Source: an uncultured Gemmatimonadaceae bacterium (GTDB lineage Bacteria; Gemmatimonadota; Gemmatimonadetes; Gemmatimonadales; Gemmatimonadaceae). Taken from it: a stretch of 64,000 bases of DNA. Both the position numbers and the translations under genes were made by a program. The stretch is from positions 224,001-288,000 of the forward strand of contig CAWAGQ010000004.1 in assembly GCA_963781585.1 (NCBI GenBank), read 5' to 3'. The notes beneath the pieces were generated by a model, which did no database searches, was not told the origin of the DNA, and saw only the letters and a list, made by a program, of their open reading frames with translations. Positions 42,292 to 51,000 of the stretch are shown one piece after another; positions within the stretch are counted from its first letter, which is position 1, and each line of letters opens with the position of its first letter.

Positions 42292-42999
42292 ATGGCAAGG
42301 GGAGAACTTCTGGAAGACTCTTTGCGCGAACGCCTGGCGCAGCTGGTGAGAGCACGGTACCCGGACAGCGTCAACCGGGCTGCGCGTTCCATCGGCATTC
42401 CACAGCCGACACTGCACAGCATTCTTTCGGGAAGAACGGCCGAACCCCGGGTGCCCATCGTGCAGAAGATCGCTGCGCATTTCGGCGTCACGATCGATTG
42501 GTTGCTCACTGGCAGCGGCAATGCCGAAGCGCCCGAACACTCCGGACGGCCGACGCCACATTCCGAGCGAGCGCTGCAGGCCGTGGATCTGAATCCGCGC
42601 CTCCTCGGCCAATGGCTGAATTCCGTGCCAGGCGTACTCCACTCCGTCTTTCAGGTGATTGACCGAGAGCGTCTCATCGGAGACTATCCGAAGGGAACGA
42701 CGACGCAGGCCGTGGCCACGGTGAAGCGGCGCCAGGCGAATGAGTATCTCGATCGGTCCCTGGCCTTGGCCATCGAGGTTCTGATTCTGGAGCGCGGCCC
42801 GGAGCGCGCCCGTGAAGCACTGTCCCGCCCCGATGTGCTCGCGGCCCTCTCGCATTTGAGAGTCGATACGCCCGGGCCGACCGTCGAGGAAGTGGAGCAC
42901 TGGCGTAGCTATATCGATCAGGCCCCGAACTCGACCGGCGCGTCCGTAGGATCCCTTAGCCCGCGCCGCCGGAAGCACTCGCCGAAAAGAAAGCGTTAG
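42292..42999 (+). CDS. XRE-family repressor
   Basis: SVNRAARSIGIPQPTLHSILSG...IAAHFGVTIDWLLTG HTH_3 pattern. Confidence 0.85.
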   Translation: MARGELLEDSLRERLAQLVRARYPDSVNRAARSIGIPQPTLHSILSGRTAEPRVPIVQKIAAHFGVTIDWLLTGSGNAEAPEHSGRPTPHSERALQAVDLNPRLLGQWLNSVPGVLHSVFQVIDRERLIGDYPKGTTTQAVATVKRRQANEYLDRSLALAIEVLILERGPERAREALSRPDVLAALSHLRVDTPGPTVEEVEHWRSYIDQAPNSTGASVGSLSPRRRKHSPKRKR

Positions 43000-43007
43000 G
43001 CGCACGC

Positions 43008-43328
43008 TCAGGGGGCGAGCCTCGGGCCCATCGGGTCGATGCGATCGAGGTGCTGCTCGAGCCACGCGATCGCGTCGAGCACGTCCTCGTACTCCCAGCT
43101 GCGGCCCTCACCCCACCAGGGCAGCGTGAGCTCCGCGATGACAACGCCGGTCGACGTCCGCGCCGCCAGGCGCGTGAGACCGCCGGCGGCCGGCAGCTGC
43201 ACCACGCCGCGCTCGCCTGGCCAGTCGCGCCCCTCGGGCTGATCCCCGGCGTCCGCCCGCTCGACGAGCGAGACCGTCCTCCGCCGATGCTTCACTCCCG
43301 CGTTGTTGCTGGGCAGGCTCTCGCCCAT
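43008..43328 (-). CDS. Hypothetical protein
   Basis: ORF downstream of the ImmA-like gene; start uncertain. Confidence 0.45.
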   Translation of the reverse strand: MGESLPSNNAGVKHRRRTVSLVERADAGDQPEGRDWPGERGVVQLPAAGGLTRLAARTSTGVVIAELTLPWWGEGRSWEYEDVLDAIAWLEQHLDRIDPMGPRLAP

Positions 43329-43356
43329 CCCATGATCCCCGCGCCTCCGGAAGCGG

Positions 43357-43860
43357 TTACTTCGCGGCATGATCCGCCCCCGTTACATCGCGCCGCGTGG
43401 AGTCAACGGAGGCCGCGCCCGTGCCGCCGTGCTGCCCCGCCAGGAGGCGATCGACAAAGAGATCGGCTTCCACCTCGACTTGCGCATCGATCGTGGCACT
43501 GCGGGCCGGCGCGGCGTCGCCAACGTGGTTCAGCGCAATGTGCGCGAGCTCGTGGAGCACGGTGCGGACCAGGGCTGCTCCGCTGAGCTGCACGTGCACC
43601 AGGATCACGGCGACACCGCCGGCGGCGAAGACGAGCCCGGGTCGCGGGAGCGGCGCGCGGATCAGCACGATGCGTTCGCGCTCGAGCACCGCGATGAGGC
43701 TGGCGATGGTGATCTCACGGCGGAACTCCGGGTGCCGCTGGCGCCACGCTTCGACGGCCAGGCGCACGGTCAGCACGCGCGGCCGCAGCCGGCGCAGCGG
43801 CTCTCTGGGGAACGGGACGAGCGCCGACGTCGGCGCCGTGTACGGGACTGCGGTGGCCAT
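43357..43860 (-). CDS. ImmA/IrrE family metallo-endopeptidase
   Basis: RTVLHELAH HExxH plus EVEADLF motif. Confidence 0.82.
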   Translation of the reverse strand: MATAVPYTAPTSALVPFPREPLRRLRPRVLTVRLAVEAWRQRHPEFRREITIASLIAVLERERIVLIRAPLPRPGLVFAAGGVAVILVHVQLSGAALVRTVLHELAHIALNHVGDAAPARSATIDAQVEVEADLFVDRLLAGQHGGTGAASVDSTRRDVTGADHAAK

Positions 43861-43992
43861 GAGGATCCCCTCCGGACTGGTGGCGCCCGGAGGCCCGCCC
43901 GCGCTACCTTACGCGCGCAGGCCCTCGGGTCTGTGGGGAGCCAGTCGGAGATCCTTCCTGGGAGACACCGGCTGGCTCTTTCTATGCCGGAG

Positions 43993-44039
43993 ATTATACG
44001 CAAAAGCGAATTGCGTCAATATGCAGCTTTGCGTATAGT
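43993..44039. promoter_or_regulatory. Back-to-back divergent promoters with an inverted-repeat operator
   Basis: + strand TTGCGT-17-TATAGT; - strand TTGACG-15-TATAAT; TATACGCAAA...TTTGCGTATA inverted repeat. Confidence 0.7.
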
Positions 44040-44047
44040 GCAGTCCC

Positions 44048-44272
44048 GTGAGTCCGATCCGCCTCCGACTGCGCGAGCTCCGCGAAGCGAAGGGCCTCTC
44101 ACAACAGGCCCTGGGAGAGCGCGCCGGCGTCCGCCAGGCGACGATCTCGCAGCTCGAATCTGGACGCAAGCAGCGACTCGATTTCGGAATCCTCGAGCGT
44201 CTCGCCGACGCTCTCGGCGTGGAACCGGGCGAGCTCCTCGAGCGGGACGGGAAGCGGAAACGGGCTCGTTGA
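44048..44272 (+). CDS. Small XRE-family HTH regulator
   Basis: LRELREAKGLSQQALGERAGVRQATISQLESG; near-leaderless GTG start. Confidence 0.9.
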   Translation: MSPIRLRLRELREAKGLSQQALGERAGVRQATISQLESGRKQRLDFGILERLADALGVEPGELLERDGKRKRAR

Positions 44273-44275
44273 AAG

Positions 44276-45040
44276 ATGGCCGACATCAGTAGGGCCCTTG
44301 TTGAATCAGTCGCGCGTGGCCTGGACGTCGCGCACGAATTCCTGGATGGGGTCGAGGATCTCGGCGGACACATCGGGCTGATCCAAAAAGCCTTCAACGG
44401 TGTCCAGCAAGCACGTCTGAGGCGCTTTCTGCGCGCATTGGCTGCGCGGGAGCAGGAATTGACCGATGAAGAACGGGAGCAGCTCTACAAGCGACTCGAC
44501 ACGAGAGCTGGCAGGGAGCTCCTGGTTGACGCAGTCGACGCAGTCATCCGAACGAATTCGAAGCGCGCGGCCGCCGCTCTCGGACTCCTTATCGGGGATC
44601 CTTCCGGTGAGCGGTTCAATCCGAGCTTCCGGCGTAATGCGTGCGAGGCTCTGCGCGGACTCTCAGACGACCAGGTTGACCTTTTTCTCGCGTTGCTCCG
44701 AATAGCGCGCGAAGTACCGCAGCAATCTCAACGCACGATTCAGGGCGACGAATACGTAACGGACATTGGCATTTGGCACGCTGCGGCAAACGCCCAAGGG
44801 GTCAGCCTCCTCATTCAGCCCTTATACGCAAGACTCGGCCTAGACCCTTGGACTATCAGAAGTCGCACAAATCAGTTGATCACGCGCGGGCTCTTATTGC
44901 CGGACGTAGGGACGCGCGTGGACACCCAAGAATATCTGACTTTCGCATTCGGTGGCGAGTCCCTCCTGTTCGAGGATCTCTTCGTACGCGCTCGAGGCGC
45001 GATCGGTCCCGACGGAGATGACAGCGAACTCTCGAGGTGA
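44276..45040 (+). CDS. Hypothetical cargo protein (possible Abi-alpha-like defence protein)
   Basis: Co-transcribed with the XRE gene; atypical codons; helical N-terminus and wHTH-like C-terminus. Confidence 0.6.
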   Translation: MADISRALVESVARGLDVAHEFLDGVEDLGGHIGLIQKAFNGVQQARLRRFLRALAAREQELTDEEREQLYKRLDTRAGRELLVDAVDAVIRTNSKRAAAALGLLIGDPSGERFNPSFRRNACEALRGLSDDQVDLFLALLRIAREVPQQSQRTIQGDEYVTDIGIWHAAANAQGVSLLIQPLYARLGLDPWTIRSRTNQLITRGLLLPDVGTRVDTQEYLTFAFGGESLLFEDLFVRARGAIGPDGDDSELSR

Positions 45041-45211
45041 TCGGACGAGGATTCGGACGCCTCCCGCTGCTCCAGATCTGGGACCGGCTGGACTGTATGG
45101 GGGGAAGGAGGAGAGGGGGGTCTGTACGCACAGGGAGCACTCCGGCCATCCCTCCACTGGCTCATCCCCAGGTTGCCAACGGCACTGCCACCACGTCACG
45201 TTACTTAGCGA

Positions 45212-46051
45212 ATGCCCGCACCACTTGTCGCCCCCGACTCCCTGCAGATCAGGCGCTCTGCATTTGCCCAGATCTACAGTCGACCTATTGAGATCCAGCG
45301 CGCCGAGGCTCTTGCGTTCTATGAGCTGATCACTCGAGACATCGGGCACTTTCCCGAGATGCTGAACCAGCCAACCGGGCTCGTGTTCAAGCGGCGCGCC
45401 GGCCAACACGTCTCGGAGGTACAGGTGAATCGCGTGAACATCGCCGGCCAACCACGTGGACCAGCGCCTGCGGCAACTCGGTTTCTATTTGCAGAGACGG
45501 GATCGACGCGCCCCGTCTCCGAGTTCAGCGCCGAAGTGGCTGCTGCGGTGGAGGCCTTCCGATCGAAGTGGCACAGCGTCGGCCGGGTCACGGTGACGGA
45601 GGTGTCCTTTCAAGCCACTGTCGCTGTGAACCACCCGGAGGGGTCAATGGGCTTCATCCGAGAGAGACTGGTCCCATCCGCAAACGACAAGGCACATCTC
45701 GGGCGCGATTTCCCAATCGCCCAAGTGAGGCTGACTGCTCCGCTCCAGCTCATCGCCGAGGGCGGACAGAGCGAGCCGCGTCATATACTCGACGATGCCG
45801 AAATCAGCCTGAGGTTGGAGCCCTTCGCCGAGGACCCCCGTTTCCTCTGGCTCGAATCCATTTATAAGTGGCCCCTTGTCCAGATGAGCCTGCAGGATGT
45901 GCCCATACCCGATGACGTTCGTTCAAGTCTCCCCCTCGGCCGCTCTCTGGAAGTCAATCAGAGCGAACGTGAAACGACTAGCTACATCACTGCGGGCTAC
46001 AACTATGTGAACAACAATGTCACCCCGTACCTCCAAGCGCTGGGTCGCTGA
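45212..46051 (+). CDS. Hypothetical cargo protein
   Basis: 279-aa ORF, lower GC than host genes. Confidence 0.65.
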   Translation: MPAPLVAPDSLQIRRSAFAQIYSRPIEIQRAEALAFYELITRDIGHFPEMLNQPTGLVFKRRAGQHVSEVQVNRVNIAGQPRGPAPAATRFLFAETGSTRPVSEFSAEVAAAVEAFRSKWHSVGRVTVTEVSFQATVAVNHPEGSMGFIRERLVPSANDKAHLGRDFPIAQVRLTAPLQLIAEGGQSEPRHILDDAEISLRLEPFAEDPRFLWLESIYKWPLVQMSLQDVPIPDDVRSSLPLGRSLEVNQSERETTSYITAGYNYVNNNVTPYLQALGR

Positions 46052-46071
46052 TTCTCCGGGAGACGCTTCGA

Positions 46072-46368
46072 ATGTCAACCCTTACCAGTGCAAACCCGCT
46101 CGAGGTGTCCATGTCTGAATCTGGCGGGATGTTGCCAGTGCCGATCTTGGTCCTCGCCCTTTCGCTGCAGGGAGTCACGATCACCGACGCTCGGCCGCCG
46201 ATGGCGGTCGCACCCGCAGCCCTTCCAATCGGCGCGGCGACGCAGGGAGGCGATGCCCTGTCGTTTGCAGATGACGACCTCATGCCGGTCGGTCTCTCGA
46301 CCATGGAGCTGGCTGCCATGGCCCGCGGTCGTATGGGCGGAGACGCGAATCACATGCTCGACATCTGA
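46072..46368 (+). CDS. Small hypothetical protein
   Basis: Fills the gap between two co-oriented cargo genes; start uncertain. Confidence 0.4.
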   Translation: MSTLTSANPLEVSMSESGGMLPVPILVLALSLQGVTITDARPPMAVAPAALPIGAATQGGDALSFADDDLMPVGLSTMELAAMARGRMGGDANHMLDI

Positions 46369-46379
46369 CCAACGGGAGG

Positions 46380-46836
46380 CCTGTCCCCCTGTTCGAAGAT
46401 GCCAGCGGTCCGCTCTCACAGGGGGACCTCTTTCTCGTCGGACTGGGACGAGGACCGCGCGACACGATTGGGTGCGGTCCTTGTCTTGAATCATTCGTGC
46501 GAGCTTGACAAATCCGCCGTGGACTTGGTCCTCGTCGCGCGCGTGATCCCTCGCATGGGAACGGACCCGGGACTATGGGGCGACATCCAGCGCGGTCGAG
46601 TGTGGCACGCCTTGCTCGCGGAGGGACTGATGCCGGAGGCTTGGATCAGTCTCCGGGAAATCCTTCCCATATCGAAAGCGGTGCTGATAGAACGGATTGC
46701 ACGCAGAAGGCTTACTCTTACAGAATCCGGTCGCCTCGCGCTGGCCGAGAAGGTGTTCCAGTGGCTCACTAGGAGCTTGCCGCCCGCCAAGCGCGGCCCA
46801 CAGCTCTCATTTCCTATCACCGATCCCCGGCCGTAG
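46380..46836 (+). pseudogene. PemK/MazF-like hypothetical protein, apparently frameshifted near 46434
   Basis: LSQGDLF in one frame and VLVLNHSCELDK...VLVARV in the next frame. Confidence 0.5.
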
Positions 46837-46922
46837 TCCAACACGGGTAGCCGCCGCCGGTGCGATCTTCCGCTCCGCGACCGATGGGGTAGGTTCCGAA
46901 GCAGTCCCGTCATGGAGCGCCG

Positions 46923-47303
46923 GTGCCACGACCCTCGCTGAGGCCCACCTGGACCGAGCAGGCCCTCCGCCTGATCGGATGGGTCACGGTCATCGTGTCG
47001 ATCTTCGCGGGCATGGCATGGCTCGCGAATTCTGGCTCCGATCCCGCGGCCGCGGCATACGGCGTCGCTGCAATGCTCGTCGGGCTCTGCGCGGCGCCGG
47101 TGACGTTCGCGCTCGCGGAGATCCTCGAGCGATTGCGCCTCACTCAGGAGCGCGCGCTGCAGTCCGAGTGGGATCGCGAGCATCCGAGGTCCGAGACGCC
47201 GCCGCCGGCGACCAGGCGCGATAGAGAGCGGAGCAGGGAAGCACCGGTGCCGGCACCGGCACCTGCGCGTCAGCCAGATGCAGCCCCGCGGCGATTCCGC
47301 TGA
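46923..47303 (+). CDS. Two-TM membrane protein
   Basis: Two hydrophobic helices; GGAG RBS. Confidence 0.65.
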   Translation: MPRPSLRPTWTEQALRLIGWVTVIVSIFAGMAWLANSGSDPAAAAYGVAAMLVGLCAAPVTFALAEILERLRLTQERALQSEWDREHPRSETPPPATRRDRERSREAPVPAPAPARQPDAAPRRFR

Positions 47304-47759
47304 GGCGACGTTAGGCATAGCATGTCGAGAACCGCTCCGGCGTTCCCAGGCTGTGGCCTGATCCCTCTTTGCCTCCCAAGGAGCTCAGGATGCCGGTGGC
47401 TTTGGGGGACCAGGCGAGTCCGGATGGCACTTTTTCCGCTTCTTCCCGGACCCGCACCCGCATCCGGCGCAACGGGTGGGCCCCGACACAAAGAGCGCTC
47501 CTGGCCGGCGAACGCGGTCCCGGGTCCGGCATCGGCGGCTTTACGATCTGCAGGACCTCGCCCGCGCGGCGACGTTCTGGGAGACGCGAATGCCCGGCGT
47601 GCCATCGGCGCTGCGTATCGACATTGAACGCCTGGTGCAGCTGACGGCGCCATCTCCTGGCCGCACGAGGGGGTGAGCTCTCCGCCGTCCCACGGCCCGT
47701 ACCATTGGCATTGCCCGAAAGTCGCCCGGGGCCGTCGGGGGACCCGGCGAGATCGGGCC

Positions 47760-48092
47760 TCAGGCGTGATCGTGCGAAGCCGGGGCGGGTGTCGGCGTCG
47801 CGGCGAGCGGTGAAGCTGCCGGCGCGGGGTCCCGGGAAAAATGAAGGCGGTACTCGCGGGTCCGGCGGTCTGGTGACGCCTGCGCCTCGAGGTAGCCGGC
47901 GCCGCTGAGGCGACGCAGCGCGACGCTCGCCGTGGACTCGCTCACCACGGCCAGGCGCGCGACGACGACGAGCTTCACGTGCCGGAACTCCACGAAGTCG
48001 AGCACGTCGCTGATCGCGAGGAGCACGCGCACATCCGCGGCCCGGAGCTCCGGCGCGCCGGCGGCCTGGGCGATCGCCGGAAAGAGCGTCAC
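47760..48092 (-). CDS. Small winged-HTH protein
   Basis: VARLAVVSESTASVALRRLSGAGYL pattern; starts 1 nt after the tape-measure-like gene stop. Confidence 0.65.
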   Translation of the reverse strand: MTLFPAIAQAAGAPELRAADVRVLLAISDVLDFVEFRHVKLVVVARLAVVSESTASVALRRLSGAGYLEAQASPDRRTREYRLHFSRDPAPAASPLAATPTPAPASHDHA

Positions 48093-48093
48093 G

Positions 48094-51000
48094 TTAGGCC
48101 CTGGCTGTCATGCCCAGCGTGCGCAGATCATCATCGTTGATCTCTGCGATCGCCTTCCGGATCTGGCGCGCCAGCTCCTTCGAGACCTTGTCGGCAGCGC
48201 CGCGCGCGTCGGCTGGGACGCCATCGAAGCGCACGTTGAGCGTCGTCGTAATCTGGGGGGCGAAGACGGAGCCGCTGCGGCCGACGCTCATCGCGATCGC
48301 GGCCGTCGTCGTTGAGGGCAGCGCGGGCGGCTGGACCGGGCCGAGCGTGAGGCGTGGTAGGCCGATCGGCGCGAAGGCGGGTGCCGCGGGCAGGCCCGCG
48401 TCCTGCTTGGCGAATTCCACCAGCTGCCGCGTGAGGGCCACGAGCGTGCGCTGGTAGTCGAGGAGGCGATCCCCTTGGATGGCGGTGAGCTGCGGGGTGC
48501 CACTCAGGACTTCCGTGCCGGCGCCCGCCGCGGCAGTCACGCCCTGGCTGACCGCGCTCGGGATCGCGCGGATGGCGTCCAGGATCTGGAGGATCGCCTG
48601 CTGCGTCGTCTTGTCGGTGGTGCGTTCGCCGAGGGCTATGAGCTGCTGCTCCAAGGCGGCGCGCCCGCCAGCGGTCGTCACATCCGCTCCGGCCGTCACG
48701 GCCGCGAGCTCCGGCGTCACTTTGCCCAGGGCCTGGACCGTGCGCACCGCCTTCTCGATCGGGTCGGTGATGTTCTCGAGATGGAGCCCGAAGCTCAACG
48801 CATCCGCGGCACTCTGCAGACTATTCGCCGCCTCGGCGGCGGCAGTGTCGAGCGTGCCCAATGCGGCCACGAGCGCGTCGATCTGCTCGGTCGTCAACCC
48901 CTCGAGCTGGAAACCGCCCGCCCGCAGGTCATCGAAGAACCGACGGATTCGATCGTCGGCCTGCTGCACGCCGGCCGCCGTCGTGAGGTCGATGCCGTCG
49001 AAGAGATGCGCGAACGCCGGGAATGCTGCTTTGAACCCGTCGACCTTGGCGGCGAACTTCGCGATCGGATCGGTGATGTGATCAAACTCGATGGTGAGGT
49101 CCGATCGACTGAGGATACGCTGCGCCGCGTCGGCGGCCTCCTGGTCCGCCCGGTCCAACAGGCTGAGAATGAAGGTGATGCCGTCAGCGAATGGCTGCTC
49201 CGCCGCCGTGATGCCATCCTTCGCGATCTCCGCGTAGTCGGCGCGGAGGCGCTTGCGGAGTTCATCGCGCGCGGCCGGATCCAGCGGATTGAAGGAGCCC
49301 AAGCCCTCCGTGAGCGACGCGAATCCTTCGGGCAGTTTGAAGTTCGCCAAGGACTGCGTGATCTGATCGCTGACAGAGGTCCCGAGGACCTCAAAGCCGG
49401 TGCGGATATTGTTGAAGGCGTCGTTCACATGCGACGCCAGCTCATCGGCCGCAGCCGCGCCGGCATCGAAGCTGTCAGATAATCCCCCGATCGCCTGCAA
49501 CTGCGCCTTCTCGGCCTCCGTCAGGATGCCATCCGCGAGCATACCCTCGATGATCGGCTTGATCGATTTCCTGAATGCGTCGCGCGAGGAGAAGTCGATC
49601 TGCGCCGCGAGCTCCGGGAAGTCCTTCGTGAAGGCCTCGACGGCCTTCTTCGTCGCCTCGTCGACCGAGAGCACGCCGTACTTGACGCCCACCGCGAACA
49701 CGTCGAGCGAGCCGCTGAACGCATCGGCCGCGAGCTGCGCCGCATTCTCGAGGGAATGGATCCCGTCGATGATGTCTGAGATCGCCTGCAGGAATTCGTC
49801 TGGGGAAAGGTTGCCGAGCTGGCTCAGGTCCAGCTGGCCGATGTTGTCGACCAGGCCCGCGAGCCGCGTGATTGCTTCACTGCGCCCGGCCTGCGTCGTG
49901 AGGTCGAGCCCGGAGAGCGCCTGCTGGATCGCGCTCGAGCCGCCCGCGGCGGCGTCCGTCGCCGCGGCGATCGTCGCGGTCACCTTCTTGAGTTCCCCAT
50001 CCCATCCCGTGAAGGCCTCGGGCTGCGCCTTGATGTCGATGTCGAGGCGTTTGAGCGCCCCGCTCCAGCTCTTCAGGATCTGCTCGAGCTGGAAGGTCTT
50101 GATCGCGGCCTGCAGCGCCTTGAACTCCGACACCAGCGGCGGGTTGCTGAGCCCCACGCCGAAGCTCTGGGCCGCCTTCTTGAGGTCATCCAGGCCGATG
50201 CCGGCCGCATGCAGCGCGGCGAGCAGATCCGCGGACGTGGTGATCGGGCCTGTAACGAAGCGCCCCTGCCCGCCGCCTAACGTTCCGACGTCGAAGCGCG
50301 TCTGGGTGAGCGACAGGTCGCGGATTGCCGCGGTCTTCGCCGGCGTGGTGGTGAGCTGGATCGCTGCGACCAGCCCGTCGCGGAGATCGCGCAGCCGCTC
50401 GTTGTTCTCCTTCAGGATGCGGTCGTGCTCCACATCGGCCGGCGATTTCCCGAAGAGCCCACCGATCGTGCCGGCCAGGGCGATGCCGCCACCGAGGATC
50501 TGGCTCAGGCCGGGCAGCGCCGAGACGATCCCACCTCCGGTCGAGAAGAGCTGACTGAGTCCGCCGGCGCTCTTCGCCAGGCTGCTGATCTCGCGGAAGC
50601 CGTCGACGAGCTGCACGACGGATCCGAGGACCTTGGTGATCGCGTCGTCGGCGCCGAGTAGAGCGGACGCGATGCCGAAGGCGGCCTTCGCGGCGTCACC
50701 CAGATGCTGTCCCAGCGTGGCCGCCTGCTGGTTCCCTTCGAAGTAGGCGTCGACTTCGTCCTGCTTCGCCTTCGCGATGCGCTGGCCCAGGTCCGCGATC
50801 GCCGTCTCGAGGGTCAGCCGCTCCTTGTCGAATTCGGCGCCCTTGCCGGAGAGCGCCGCCAGGCGATCGGCCAGATCCGCCTGCTGACGCTGCAGCTCAG
50901 GGAGCTCGATGCCAATGTCTTTCGACTTCGCGATCGCCTTGTTCGCGTCCTCGATCGCCGCCGTCGTGTCGATCAGGCTCTGCTCAGCATCCTCGAGCTG

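Noticed and set aside
47310..47750. Additional island genes in the gap between the cargo and the wHTH gene
   Set aside because: Only short overlapping ORFs without convincing RBS or motifs; none could be supported
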